Shown: positions 38,156 to 47,490 of the stretch, piece after piece
Layout: each line of letters opens with the position of its first letter
How positions within the stretch are numbered: the stretch's first letter is position 1
IMG/VR virus record: IMGVR_UViG_3300021400_000057
Location: 11,334 to 75,333 of that record
DNA: 64,000 nt
Direction: 5' to 3' (one strand)
Source of the DNA: a virus
Taxonomy: Duplodnaviria > Caudoviricetes
Program-made: the position numbers and the translations under genes
The notes under the pieces: model-generated
The model's input: the letters and a program-made list of their open reading frames with translations, nothing else
Database searches by the model: none
Told to the model about the DNA's origin: nothing

Positions 38156-38613
38156 GAATAGCAGGGTTTCGGGAAACGTCACTCTTTGACGGCAAAGGAA
38201 TTAACTTTGTTATCTTCTTTCAAGGCTGTGAACACCATTGCGAGGGCTGTCAGAACCCTCAAACATGGGACAAGAATGGTGGAGTATCCGTCAGCTTGAA
38301 AGGTATCAAGAAGATTATTGAACCGTATATCGGATTCATTGACGGAATTACCTTTTCAGGTGGTGACCCTGTATTGCAGATTGGTGATGTGCTTGACTTG
38401 GCTTGGTGGGCTAAGTCAAAGCACCTTACCACAACGCTTTACACAGGCTATACGCTTGACGAATTACAGAAACGATACATTGACCTTACCCCTTTTGATT
38501 TTATTATCGACGGACGCTACGAAAAATCCAAGCACTCTGTTGATACGCCGTTCAGAGGGTCGGAGAATCAGTCGATGTATTGCTATGAGAATCACAAGTG
38601 GGTAGCAATATGA
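38152..38613 (+). CDS. nrdG: Class III RNR activase (radical SAM)
   Basis: GCEHHCEGCQN, ITFSGGDP, FRGSENQ. Confidence 0.95.
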   Translation: MRIAGFRETSLFDGKGINFVIFFQGCEHHCEGCQNPQTWDKNGGVSVSLKGIKKIIEPYIGFIDGITFSGGDPVLQIGDVLDLAWWAKSKHLTTTLYTGYTLDELQKRYIDLTPFDFIIDGRYEKSKHSVDTPFRGSENQSMYCYENHKWVAI

Positions 38614-38810
38614 AAGGCGAAAGGATTACTGATGAAGCCGCATTGAAGGCGGCATTTACTCTAAAAAAATACTGCGACCAGCATGGTTATAGAGAATGTA
38701 AGGGGTGCTATTTCCATGACAACGACTTCTTTTGCAGGGTCAACTGTATGCCGTATAGCTACAACCTTACTGATTGCACTGACGAAGAAATATTAAAGGA
38801 GGAATTGTAA
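38610..38810 (+). CDS. Small Cys-rich hypothetical protein
   Basis: YCDQH..CKGCYF..C; start at ATG 38610. Confidence 0.55.
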   Translation: MKGERITDEAALKAAFTLKKYCDQHGYRECKGCYFHDNDFFCRVNCMPYSYNLTDCTDEEILKEEL

Positions 38811-39118
38811 TGGCAACGCTATATTTTGCCATGTATTATCCAACGCCTACGCAGAGGATTATCCTTATGAAGCGAGAGGCTGATTTGATTGACGGCACTA
38901 TTTACAAGTTCTCTCATGTTAGCGGGCTTCGCTCCCGCATTATGGCTGACGAGGTTGATACTTGTATCGGCAATGATTGTGCAGTATCCACAAATCCAAA
39001 TCAAGCCGTTCGACTTTTGCGTGGACAGTTCAACCGCAGGGCGGCAAAGCTGGAACGCAAGGCAGAACGGCTCCGATGTGCGGCAACTCTGATTGCAGAT
39101 TGGGAGGAAGATGTATGA
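38810..39118 (+). CDS. Hypothetical protein
   Basis: SD aaggagg, 102 aa. Confidence 0.6.
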   Translation: MATLYFAMYYPTPTQRIILMKREADLIDGTIYKFSHVSGLRSRIMADEVDTCIGNDCAVSTNPNQAVRLLRGQFNRRAAKLERKAERLRCAATLIADWEEDV

Positions 39119-39273
39119 AAACATATTGGGTTACATACAGTTACAAGGGTATTACGGCAGTCACAGCGCCTTCGCAGGACGACGCGATTGAGAAGCTCCT
39201 AGAAACAAAGGATGACGATGATTGTTTGAGTATCCATATTGACGATGTTGAGGAAGCATACGAGGAGGATTAA
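39115..39273 (+). CDS. Hypothetical protein
   Basis: SD ggagg, MKTYWVTYS. Confidence 0.55.
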   Translation: MKTYWVTYSYKGITAVTAPSQDDAIEKLLETKDDDDCLSIHIDDVEEAYEED

Positions 39274-39274
39274 G

Positions 39275-39481
39275 ATGGATAAGTATGAAGTTTTGCAGGA
39301 ACGCCCTAAGAAGACGTTTCGTATTGCGTTTTCGGGGACAGCATATATTACTGCTCATTGTGAGCTTGAAGCGAAAGCAATTCTTCAAGGTATTACCTTT
39401 AACGAAATTCCTTTCCGTGCGATTGACTCTATTCGAGAGCTTGACGAGGATGAGGAAACGCCATCTTATGCAGTATCTTAA
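39275..39481 (+). CDS. Hypothetical protein
   Basis: SD gaggagg, MDKYEVLQ. Confidence 0.55.
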   Translation: MDKYEVLQERPKKTFRIAFSGTAYITAHCELEAKAILQGITFNEIPFRAIDSIRELDEDEETPSYAVS

Positions 39482-39569
39482 AAAACAATGCAATTCAGAG
39501 AGGCAAGGGGCGTCACATTTTGTTACCCCCTTGTCCCACATATCAGACTAGACGCAAGGAGGAACAACG

Positions 39570-40172
39570 ATGAAGATTTTTAACGAGCAAGTACATGGGG
39601 TCGATACCGCATTAGCGAGAGCAGGGTATCCACTCATGGCAGAAATCCCTAATATCGGTGAATTGTTGAGGGAATTTCACCCGCTATATCTGCGAGGCAA
39701 GCGGCTTGGCAATTCCCCCATTGCCCACGGCGATGACAAATTCCTTCGCATGATTACGGTGGATTTCGATGTAACCGCCCCTCGATATTGGTGGCAGGAG
39801 TTCGATACCTACCATTACACCGTCAAGATGAGTCAAAGCACGATGCACAGGTTGGTAAAGATGGACATAAAGAACATGGTAAATCCCTATGTTCTTCCCG
39901 ATGTAGTCAGGATTGTGGAGAATCTTGCAGACGCATACAGGGTTCATCCTACCGAAGAAAACTTTCTGAAACTCAAATCCAATCTCCCGGAGGGGATGGA
40001 ATTGACGGCTGGAATTACCACAAACTACGCACAGTTGAAAACTATGTACTATCAGCGGCGTAATCATCGCCTTCCCGAATGGAAAGTCTTTTGCAGTTGG
40101 ATAACCACGCTTCCGTTTACCAAAGACTTCGGGGTGGTTGACAATGGAAACATGAAAGGAGAGAACGCATAA
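39570..40172 (+). CDS. Divergent ThyX-like flavin-dependent thymidylate synthase fold protein
   Basis: [50 protein letters not shown]; located between nrdG and dUTPase. Confidence 0.6.
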   Translation: MKIFNEQVHGVDTALARAGYPLMAEIPNIGELLREFHPLYLRGKRLGNSPIAHGDDKFLRMITVDFDVTAPRYWWQEFDTYHYTVKMSQSTMHRLVKMDIKNMVNPYVLPDVVRIVENLADAYRVHPTEENFLKLKSNLPEGMELTAGITTNYAQLKTMYYQRRNHRLPEWKVFCSWITTLPFTKDFGVVDNGNMKGENA

Positions 40173-40768
40173 TGAGCAAAGCATTTAATACAGGTGATAC
40201 GGTTGAGGTTATAAGCGGTGGCACGGATTATCCGAAAGGATTCCGTGGGATTGTCACAGATTACGATGAGTCAAATGGGCGGCGGCAATACGCTCTCAAT
40301 CATGGCTTTTGGATTAACGAGGACGCTCTGGAATTGTGCAAGAGCGACCACCCTGTTATCAAAGTGAAGTACCACGACAAGGCTTGTTGCCTCGAACAGC
40401 ACGGCGACTGGATTGACCTGAAAAGCCGAGTGGATATTACGTTCATGCAAAACGGTTTCTTCCTGATTCCTCTCGGTGTGTCCATTGAATTGCCACAAGG
40501 CTACGAAGCACACGTCCTGCCTCGTTCCTCTACCTTCAAACGCTATGGAATTATCATGGCAAACAGTATGGGTATCATTGACCATGATTACTGCGGAGAT
40601 AATGACGAGTGGATGTTCCCAGCCTACTCCCTTGAAGGTGGTCAGATTAAGAAAGGCGACAGAATTGCACAGTTCCGCATCGTACCGACAATGGGAAAAG
40701 TAAATCTTATGGCGGTACAGAGACTTGGCAATGAGAATCGCGGTGGATTGGGGAGTACGGGCGTATGA
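40172..40768 (+). CDS. dut: Trimeric dUTPase with a short N-terminal extra domain
   Basis: [39 protein letters not shown]. Confidence 0.92.
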   Translation: MSKAFNTGDTVEVISGGTDYPKGFRGIVTDYDESNGRRQYALNHGFWINEDALELCKSDHPVIKVKYHDKACCLEQHGDWIDLKSRVDITFMQNGFFLIPLGVSIELPQGYEAHVLPRSSTFKRYGIIMANSMGIIDHDYCGDNDEWMFPAYSLEGGQIKKGDRIAQFRIVPTMGKVNLMAVQRLGNENRGGLGSTGV

Positions 40769-41055
40769 TTTTGTCATTACTGGTTGACTTTAACGACAAA
40801 GGAAGCCTGTACTCAATGACAGTTGAAACCGCGAATAAGACCAGATTATTCAAGACCCTGCATAAATATTCAAACGACGTTCGATTTATCGAGGAAAAGG
40901 AAGAACGTGGCGCGAAAGATAAAGGCGAAAGGGTTTTGTCAGACGGCTCTATTGTTCTGCGGTGTAAATACTTTGGCGACAAGGTTTCCTCTGTGTATGC
41001 CTTTGGCAAATCTCCGGGAAAGATGAATGTCCTGAAAATGGGAGTGGTCGTATGA
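40765..41055 (+). CDS. Hypothetical protein
   Basis: 96 aa with ATGA overlaps. Confidence 0.55.
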   Translation: MILSLLVDFNDKGSLYSMTVETANKTRLFKTLHKYSNDVRFIEEKEERGAKDKGERVLSDGSIVLRCKYFGDKVSSVYAFGKSPGKMNVLKMGVVV

Positions 41056-41558
41056 AAGACAAGTTGGCAGAGTTCATAGATGACTATAACTGTGGGCGTG
41101 TCACTGTCGAGGATACTTTCAGACGGCTCGATTTTGAACGGTGGAAAGAGGACAAAGCGCCACTCCCGCAGGATTATATTGAATTACCACGCGACCCGCT
41201 GGATATTGTACTGGAAAAAGAGCGTGTAAGCACGCTCATCGAAACGATTAAGTGGCTAAAACAGAACATATCCGACGAGCTTTGGCGGATTTTCTGTATG
41301 GTTGCAAGGGGATATACCCAAGAGAGGATAGCGAAAGCCCTGAATATATCGCAACCTACCGTAAGTCGTAGGCTACAAACCCTACGGGCTTTGACGGAAG
41401 GGAACCTCCACGAATTATTGTACCGTATAGAGAAGCAATATACCGCAGTTCATCCACGGCAATCAGTACAGAAACACGACGACGAGGACATGAGCCACGT
41501 CAACGGTGAAGTCCGTACTGAAAAGATTGTCGGCTGGAAAAAGTCAGACGCTAGATGA
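41052..41558 (+). CDS. Sigma70 region-4-like HTH protein (candidate late activator / sigma factor)
   Basis: IFCMVARGYTQERIAKALNISQPTVSRRL; last gene of the early operon. Confidence 0.7.
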   Translation: MKDKLAEFIDDYNCGRVTVEDTFRRLDFERWKEDKAPLPQDYIELPRDPLDIVLEKERVSTLIETIKWLKQNISDELWRIFCMVARGYTQERIAKALNISQPTVSRRLQTLRALTEGNLHELLYRIEKQYTAVHPRQSVQKHDDEDMSHVNGEVRTEKIVGWKKSDAR

Positions 41559-41658
41559 AAACCCATATATGATTTTCTTCCTGCTTGTGTGCCAGACTAG
41601 CAGAAAGGGGTCAAGGAGCGTCGAATAGTACCTCGTGCACAAGTTTATATGCGTAAAT

Positions 41659-41715
41659 AAAAAAAGACCGTGAAGCACCCTCTTTGGAAGTTTGAGGATA
41701 CTTCACGGTTTTTTC
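41659..41715. terminator. Bidirectional terminator between convergent operons
   Basis: A-run, accgtgaag / cttcacggt stem, T-run. Confidence 0.8.
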
Positions 41716-41782
41716 TGCGTTATTACAGGAGCTTTAAGCTGTCAAGTTATCCTACTTGATAGATAGGAATTAAAGACAAAAT

Positions 41783-41831
41783 AAATCCACGAACTATCCT
41801 CAAATTGCAAACGAGGGTGGTTCGTGGGTTT
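41783..41831. terminator. Second long hairpin in the convergence gap
   Basis: aaatccacgaactatcctc / gagggtggttcgtgggttt. Confidence 0.55.
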
Positions 41832-42025
41832 GTTTTTATTTATAGCTCTTTATCTGACGAAGGGCGTATCGAATAGCTAGTATCGTTGGCACATGATACT
41901 AGCATATATCAATTCACTAGATACGAACATACCTCCTTTTTTCAGTAGTGTTTTTCAGTAAGCAACATAAGCAATACGAATAAAACTATCATGGTGACGA
42001 GCATGATAAACCTCTCCTTGCGGTA

Positions 42026-42214
42026 TCACCCGCCTGTTACTTCATGCTCATTATACCACTCCTTAAATTTTGTTGTAAAGATTTCCATATCCGCAGGAGC
42101 TTTTATCGCCGCAATAGCACGCTCGATTTTCACCATTGCCTCAAAATCATCGAGTGCATTTGCTCCGACATAGCTCATTTCCAGATATTCCAGTACGTCA
42201 TCCATTTGTGTCAT
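42026..42214 (-). CDS. Hypothetical protein
   Basis: SD aaggagg, 62 aa. Confidence 0.6.
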   Translation of the reverse strand: MTQMDDVLEYLEMSYVGANALDDFEAMVKIERAIAAIKAPADMEIFTTKFKEWYNEHEVTGG

Positions 42215-42220
42215 ACCTCC

Positions 42221-43009
42221 TTATCCATACACAGCGGCAAGCGTATTCTTCACCGTCCCTTCTCCGAAATTCAAATACTTCATCGTGGTTGTGATAGTTT
42301 TATGTCGTAAGCATTGCTGAATATCCTCGATAGGCACACCCGCTTTCTTCAATGTGTTTGCAAAGAACCGTCTGAAAGAATGGCAATGGAAATCCAAACC
42401 ATTCATAGTACACTCGTTCTGAATGAACCTCTGAATATCCCGAATCCCAAGAGGCTTCCCGCCCTCTGTCAAAAACAAGACATCAGAGAGGCCACTTCCT
42501 GCCGTTTTCTGACGCACCTTGATATAAGACTGCAAGGCATCACGCACTCTCCCGTGAACGAGGGGGATAACAGCGTCCTGCTTACCTTTTGTGTGCCGAA
42601 TTAGGATTGCATCGTCGGAAACGTCCTGCATTTTGATGGACGCAATCTCACCTACACGCAATCCATTGTAACACATTAGCGCGAATATCGCTTTGTCCCT
42701 CGGCTTCGACAAGCCTTTCCACAAAAGCTCTACGTTTGCAGGGGTAGGGCATGGTTCTACCTTTTCCTCTGCCCGATAGCCCTTGATAACTCGCGTAATG
42801 TCACGGTCATTTACGCCGTACCATTCAAGCGCAGAACGAAAAACTTGCAGATACAATCGCTTTGTAGTATCTGCAAGTCCACTGGAAATTACGTTGATAG
42901 CTTCTTGGCGTGTCCCTTCTGGGAAGAAGCCAAGCGCACGCTGATAAGTCTTAAACGTGTTTACTGATTTCGTCTGCCTGATTTCTTCCAGAAAATCCGT
43001 GTAGTTCAT
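42221..43009 (-). CDS. Second tyrosine recombinase (Xer/Cre-like, no arm-binding domain)
   Basis: Complete catalytic set: GLRVGE (R), HTKG (K), HSFRR (H..R), LRHK (H), TTMKY (Y); 262 aa. Confidence 0.92.
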   Translation of the reverse strand: MNYTDFLEEIRQTKSVNTFKTYQRALGFFPEGTRQEAINVISSGLADTTKRLYLQVFRSALEWYGVNDRDITRVIKGYRAEEKVEPCPTPANVELLWKGLSKPRDKAIFALMCYNGLRVGEIASIKMQDVSDDAILIRHTKGKQDAVIPLVHGRVRDALQSYIKVRQKTAGSGLSDVLFLTEGGKPLGIRDIQRFIQNECTMNGLDFHCHSFRRFFANTLKKAGVPIEDIQQCLRHKTITTTMKYLNFGEGTVKNTLAAVYG

Positions 43010-43182
43010 TATTGTGTCTCCCTTCTAAACTCATCCTCAAAGCGTTTGATTGCGTCCTCTTTCGTTTCCCCTTTATAAACTATGATGGGGACATATCGCC
43101 TCAGTTTCCCGACCGGGGTATCCTCGACGAAATTATGAAGAATCACATCAAAGTCCTTGTCAGTACGGCAATCACAAATCAT
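43009..43182 (-). CDS. Hypothetical protein
   Basis: SD aaggaggt before MICDCRTD. Confidence 0.6.
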   Translation of the reverse strand: MICDCRTDKDFDVILHNFVEDTPVGKLRRYVPIIVYKGETKEDAIKRFEDEFRRETQ

Positions 43183-43373
43183 TTCCGTACCTCCTTTTCC
43201 TCCTTTATTGCCTCGTCTAAAACTGTATTGAAGCATCCGCACTGCATATCAGTGTCCATGTGGCAATGGTCGCTCACACCACAACACCGCGAACAATATG
43301 CACTTATAAAACCACACAACGCGGCTTTTGCCTCCGCCTCTGTCAGTTCGTCAATCCGTTCCTTTATGTCCAT
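43179..43373 (-). CDS. Leader-sharing cassette ORF 4
   Basis: MDIKERIDELTEAEAKAAL followed by a Cys-rich payload. Confidence 0.8.
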   Translation of the reverse strand: MDIKERIDELTEAEAKAALCGFISAYCSRCCGVSDHCHMDTDMQCGCFNTVLDEAIKEEKEVRK

Positions 43374-43554
43374 GTTGTGCCTCCTTTAGTGCATCATCTA
43401 AAATGTAGCTCATGTGCACATTTATTTCGCGCTCATACTGTAATTCGTTTTCAAACGGTGTAGCGAGGTTTTCTGCGTTATTTTCAAGCAAATAATACAG
43501 CGCGGCTTTCGCCTCCGCCTCGGTTAATTCGTTAATTCGCGTTTTTATATCCAT
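43351..43554 (-). CDS. Leader-sharing cassette ORF 3
   Basis: MDIKTRINELTEAEAKAAL..LDDALKEAQHGHKGTD. Confidence 0.8.
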   Translation of the reverse strand: MDIKTRINELTEAEAKAALYYLLENNAENLATPFENELQYEREINVHMSYILDDALKEAQHGHKGTD

Positions 43555-43711
43555 CTGAAATCTCCTTTCCGTCTTCCGTATACCATGTATTTGAGCCGTT
43601 CATATAGTTATATACTCGACAATCATGCCTTTTGGCATAATCCAATGCCCGCGCTCTTGCGGCTTTAGCCTCTGCTTCGCTCAGTTCGTCAATCCGTTCC
43701 TTTATGTCCAT
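43532..43711 (-). CDS. Leader-sharing cassette ORF 2 (59 aa, not in the ORF track)
   Basis: Hand translation: MDIKERIDELSEAEAKAARARALDYAKRHDCRVYNYMNGSNTWYTEDGKEISDGYKNAN; SD aaggagg. Confidence 0.8.
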   Translation of the reverse strand: MDIKERIDELSEAEAKAARARALDYAKRHDCRVYNYMNGSNTWYTEDGKEISDGYKNAN

Positions 43712-43925
43712 GTTGTGCCTCCTTTAGTGCATCGTCAAGCAACATATTTGCACAATTCCACGGTGTCGTACACTTATCTATTGTCCCATCCGGAAGTATC
43801 TCAGAATGCCGACAGTCACCACAGTGTATGTTTTCGTACATTGTTTTAATGCACTGTTCCAGCGCGGCTTTCGCCTCCGACTCGCTCAGCGCGTCGATTT
43901 TCGCTTTTATGTCGTCCATCGTCAA
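43689..43925 (-). CDS. Leader-sharing cassette ORF 1
   Basis: MDDIKAKIDALSESEAKAAL..LDDALKEAQHGHKGTD. Confidence 0.8.
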   Translation of the reverse strand: MTMDDIKAKIDALSESEAKAALEQCIKTMYENIHCGDCRHSEILPDGTIDKCTTPWNCANMLLDDALKEAQHGHKGTD

Positions 43926-44170
43926 TCAGTCCTCCATGTTCTATTTTGCCCTTGATTGATTAACCACCCACTTACATTAGCGCCGACACCAACAGGTAGT
44001 TTTTCTTTCGGAATTAACTCCTTCGCAAATGTTAAGGCACTTTCAAGCCTATCATTTCGCGCCCTCAACCGTTGAATCTCTCTGTCTTGATACTGTAATT
44101 TCTCCTTCAACGATGAGAGTTCTCCATACTCTATTTTAACTTTTCCCATCGTCAGCCCTCCAATTTCCAC
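43922..44170 (-). CDS. Hypothetical coiled-coil protein
   Basis: 82-aa ORF in a packed operon. Confidence 0.55.
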   Translation of the reverse strand: MEIGGLTMGKVKIEYGELSSLKEKLQYQDREIQRLRARNDRLESALTFAKELIPKEKLPVGVGANVSGWLINQGQNRTWRTD

Positions 44171-44189
44171 TTAATTCGTTGCTTCACTC

Positions 44190-44387
44190 TTATATCCACA
44201 TCGGCGGATGCTTACCGACACACCTTTCACACACGCAAAAAAATCTATATTTTTTATGATGCGTGCGTGCTTCCGCACGTTCTCCCGTATATTCGTAATC
44301 ATAAAACCCACGCCTCGCTGGAACTGTTACGCCACAGTATTTGCAAGTACCGCTATAGCGATTTCTATGACGTTCGTTGCGCTTCAT
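44190..44387 (-). CDS. Small Zn-finger protein
   Basis: CKYCG..CVCERC. Confidence 0.5.
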   Translation of the reverse strand: MKRNERHRNRYSGTCKYCGVTVPARRGFYDYEYTGERAEARTHHKKYRFFCVCERCVGKHPPMWI

Positions 44388-44388
44388 T

Positions 44389-44649
44389 TTATACCTCCTT
44401 CGTCAACCATTCATGACCCTCCTCACTACCTTCCACGAAGTTATCTTCCTTCCACCGCCTTATCTGTGTGTAAACCCTTTCATTATTCCACTCCGCAATA
44501 GCTCGTTCCGCCAGAGACGGCGGAATGGAAACATGAGTATTGCATTGCGTACACCGTACATCATATACTTCTTGCCCGTCCCGTGTTGTATAGTGTGATA
44601 GTTTTGCTTCGGCTCCGCAATGACATCGCCTAATTTTTTCCATTGTCAA
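44389..44649 (-). CDS. Lar-like protein
   Basis: IRRCHCGAEAKL..VRCTQC..AIAEWN. Confidence 0.6.
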   Translation of the reverse strand: MTMEKIRRCHCGAEAKLSHYTTRDGQEVYDVRCTQCNTHVSIPPSLAERAIAEWNNERVYTQIRRWKEDNFVEGSEEGHEWLTKEV

Positions 44650-44824
44650 TCACCCTCATCCACTTATCTGTCGCTTCTTTTTTTGTATCTCCAAGCGGCC
44701 CTCTTGCACAACAATCATTGCAATAAACATAGAATTGCCCATACTCGCCGGGGTCAGTGCTATTCACGATTTCAACATTCTTGCTTTTGCAAAATAGGCA
44801 CACACTAAGTTTCTTCATTGTCAT
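44630..44824 (-). CDS. Lar-like protein
   Basis: CLFCKSKNV..YVYCNDCCARGP..EATDKW. Confidence 0.65.
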   Translation of the reverse strand: MTMKKLSVCLFCKSKNVEIVNSTDPGEYGQFYVYCNDCCARGPLGDTKKEATDKWMRVIDNGKN

Positions 44825-45429
44825 ACCCCCTGTTCCATTTTGTAAGTCTTTCCCTTTTTCTTTCCTTCGCCTTTCTTAAACTCCTGAATCCACACCACCT
44901 TTCCACTCTTATACCTACGGTAATGTCCTCGTACTGTGAAGATTCCTTTCGGGCTTGCATGATGACCGCCCAAAGAAGGTCGTATCACTCTCCTTTTCAA
45001 GATGTATGTCACTCTGTCTTTACTGTAAACCTTATCACGTTTTTTGGTTTTCGTTTCTTGCTGGACTTGCCGAGGCTCTGCTTTGACTAACTCTGGCTTC
45101 TCGTACACCATGTACGCCATGAGAGCGCAATAACAAGTAAGAATATCGTTAAAGCTATCCCTCGCTAATACTGTATCCCCCTTTCGTTTGATAAGCATAC
45201 CGTCATACCTAATCTCGAACACTACTTTGCAGATTTTTTGATAGCCCTTATGGGCGTAAAGCGTCAGCCACCTTCCTTCTCGAATCCCTTTAATGCGTAA
45301 ATCGAAATAGACAAAGGCTATCTCCACAGCTTTCAACGGCATCGGCATCGTGTGTATCAATGGTTTGTTTTCTTTCGCCCAATCAAATAACGCTTTTACG
45401 TCGTCCTGCGTCAATAGCACTTTGTCCAT
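44821..45429 (-). CDS. Conserved phage hypothetical protein
   Basis: C-terminal HASPKGIFTVRGHYRRYKSGKVVWIQEFKKG motif. Confidence 0.7.
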   Translation of the reverse strand: MDKVLLTQDDVKALFDWAKENKPLIHTMPMPLKAVEIAFVYFDLRIKGIREGRWLTLYAHKGYQKICKVVFEIRYDGMLIKRKGDTVLARDSFNDILTCYCALMAYMVYEKPELVKAEPRQVQQETKTKKRDKVYSKDRVTYILKRRVIRPSLGGHHASPKGIFTVRGHYRRYKSGKVVWIQEFKKGEGKKKGKTYKMEQGV

Positions 45430-45442
45430 TCCTTATCACTCC

Positions 45443-45796
45443 TTATTTGCCTTTATATTCATCGACCATTGCCGCGACAAAAACTTCCAATAATTCTTTT
45501 ACCACATTATCGCTTTGCCCTCTGAGCATTATGCCCATTGCAGACCCCAATGCGATAGTGGTGTCAAGCAAGTGCATCTTCCCATCAAGTCCAACTGTAA
45601 CTTCATCATTCTTCAGTGTGATTTCGATTTTTCCATCGTTCATGTGTGCTTTCTCCTCCTTTTCCAGACGTTCCTTTTCCTCTTTGCATTTCGGGCATTC
45701 CTTCGGAATCTTTTGGCTATCAGCTACATAGCCACACTTCTCGCATTTCACCACAAGCTGTCCACCATTGTCAGCAACTACCCATTTCGTATCCAT
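45443..45796 (-). CDS. Hypothetical protein with rubredoxin-like CxxC..CPxC
   Basis: KCEKCGY..PKECPKC. Confidence 0.6.
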   Translation of the reverse strand: MDTKWVVADNGGQLVVKCEKCGYVADSQKIPKECPKCKEEKERLEKEEKAHMNDGKIEITLKNDEVTVGLDGKMHLLDTTIALGSAMGIMLRGQSDNVVKELLEVFVAAMVDEYKGK

Positions 45797-46036
45797 TTAC
45801 ATCGCTCCCTTCTGTTTTTCCAGTTCTTCAATGCGTGCAATCAAAAGCTCTACTGCATCATCGCGTAGATACACAATGCCATACCGTAACTCACTGGCTA
45901 TTTCAACATCTTCTCTGGTCTGACACTTATGCTCTCGTAAATACTCGTCACTTAACGCTCGCTCATTTGAGACATTATCAAATGCCTTGATTACATCTTT
46001 GTATGTCACTACATTTCCCCCTCTTTCTTCAAGCAA
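45797..46036 (-). CDS. Hypothetical protein
   Basis: 79-aa ORF in a packed operon. Confidence 0.5.
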   Translation of the reverse strand: MLEERGGNVVTYKDVIKAFDNVSNERALSDEYLREHKCQTREDVEIASELRYGIVYLRDDAVELLIARIEELEKQKGAM

Positions 46037-46311
46037 TCTGTAAGCGGCTTCCTACCATGTAAGCCACGACCTTCCTCGTATTGCTTTAAGGTTCTCTTGG
46101 CTTCTTGGTGCGCTCGAATCAACGCTTGCCCGTGCCGCCCATCGCTAAGAACTCTCTCCATACTTTCAACGTCGCGGGTAAGGTATCCCCACCGTTCGTA
46201 CTGGTCTAACGATAGTCCGAAATGATGGGCTTCGTGCTTCCTTGCTTCAGCCTTTTTCCCATATTCTGCTCCGCAAATTTCACAACGATAAATTGTTTTC
46301 ACTGGCATCAC
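46009..46311 (-). CDS. C2H2-like Zn-finger protein
   Basis: YRCEICGAEY..ARKHEAHH. Confidence 0.6.
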   Translation of the reverse strand: MMPVKTIYRCEICGAEYGKKAEARKHEAHHFGLSLDQYERWGYLTRDVESMERVLSDGRHGQALIRAHQEAKRTLKQYEEGRGLHGRKPLTDCLKKEGEM

Positions 46312-46319
46312 CCCCTCTC

Positions 46320-46772
46320 TTATCTCCGAATCACACCGCCGAAAGTAGGACGCAAACCTACGCTTCCATACTCTGAAAATGCTGGCTCGGTCTTGTTGAT
46401 GCTGTATGCAAACTGTGTGAAGTACACAGAATCATCCTTGTTCAATGCCCACTCGCTTTTGTCTGGCTCAACAAACAGGATAGTCAGCAATTCCATATCA
46501 TCGAAGTAGCTACGAATTAAGTGATACGGCAGATTTCCCGTTTTCTTTGCCCAATCATCGACCAGTTTCTTGTCATCATCTTCAAGCCAATACAACGCTC
46601 CCATGTGTTCGGATACATTTAACACTCCTTTCTTGAAATCCCTTACCACATTCGGGTGGAGTTTCCACCAACCCATACGCCTGATTGCTTCTTCCTTCAT
46701 TTGCTCCATTGTTGCTTTTGCCATTGTCATTTCCTCCTTCTCATGAATAGTAAAAGCTAATATCAAATTCAA
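46320..46772 (-). CDS. Hypothetical protein
   Basis: SD aaggagg before the internal MTMAKATM; true start is probably downstream of 46772. Confidence 0.7.
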   Translation of the reverse strand: MNLILAFTIHEKEEMTMAKATMEQMKEEAIRRMGWWKLHPNVVRDFKKGVLNVSEHMGALYWLEDDDKKLVDDWAKKTGNLPYHLIRSYFDDMELLTILFVEPDKSEWALNKDDSVYFTQFAYSINKTEPAFSEYGSVGLRPTFGGVIRR

Positions 46773-47214
46773 TCTTCATACCTTTTGGCAAAGTCTCCTT
46801 ACCATCTATAAACTCCATCAAAGCGCATTTATTACATCTGCACCGCACATCACCATGATTGTCGGGATACCAACCATTCACAGGCACGTCGTCGGAGCAT
46901 GATGTCCTGCCATGCTTAAATAATTTCAGTACAACTTCCCGATTTTTTCGGAGAAAGGCAATGAAGTCTAATTGTTCTTGGTATGCCAAATCCTCTGCTT
47001 CTTTCTTCAACTTGTTAGCCTCGGCTATATCTGCCGCAATACTATCTTCAAAAGCCTTTTGCTTTTCTGCGATAGATTGTAGTAACGTCGCTCTTTTTTC
47101 CTCCATTTCCTCAATGGTACGATTGCCTTTCTTTGACATCGTCGCTTCCCTCCTTACCTTGTCCATAACAACATCAACGCAAACATCGTCATCATAATTA
47201 ACAACATAAGCCAT
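46741..47214 (-). CDS. Hypothetical protein
   Basis: Coiled coil plus CRCNKC; probable start at MSKKG. Confidence 0.6.
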   Translation of the reverse strand: MAYVVNYDDDVCVDVVMDKVRREATMSKKGNRTIEEMEEKRATLLQSIAEKQKAFEDSIAADIAEANKLKKEAEDLAYQEQLDFIAFLRKNREVVLKLFKHGRTSCSDDVPVNGWYPDNHGDVRCRCNKCALMEFIDGKETLPKGMKIEFDISFYYS

Positions 47215-47220
47215 ACCCCC

Positions 47221-47490
47221 TTAAAACGTCGGCGCTTTTGCCAAAATCTTCAATGTCTGACTGTAATCAAATTTTGCTTCGTCCATAATAAGCGCCAATG
47301 CTACTGCCTTATCCTGTGCTCTATATTCATCACCCCCATGAATAACATAAGCCGCCGTGAGAACGTCGGCGGCTCTGTATAGCTTGTCTTTCCGATAGCG
47401 GTTTTGTTTTTCCCAAAACAGCTTCAATCGCTTGATATACTCTTGTGCCATAGGCAATATCATGTTGAACAGTTCTCGTGTTACCGTCAT
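47221..47490 (-). CDS. Hypothetical protein
   Basis: SD gaaggtga before MTVTRELF. Confidence 0.55.
   Translation of the reverse strand: MTVTRELFNMILPMAQEYIKRLKLFWEKQNRYRKDKLYRAADVLTAAYVIHGGDEYRAQDKAVALALIMDEAKFDYSQTLKILAKAPTF

Larger units (their letters stand above)
43343..43733. repeat. Identical 53-bp direct repeats (43343-43395, 43681-43733)
   Basis: tcagttcgtcaatccgttcctttatgtccatgttgtgcctcctttagtgcatc occurs twice, spanning SD and start codon. Confidence 0.92.

Noticed and set aside
41630-41660. dif-like site near the second recombinase (gtgcacaagtttatatgcgtaaat)
   Set aside because: Arms are not inverted repeats and the length does not fit 11-6-11.
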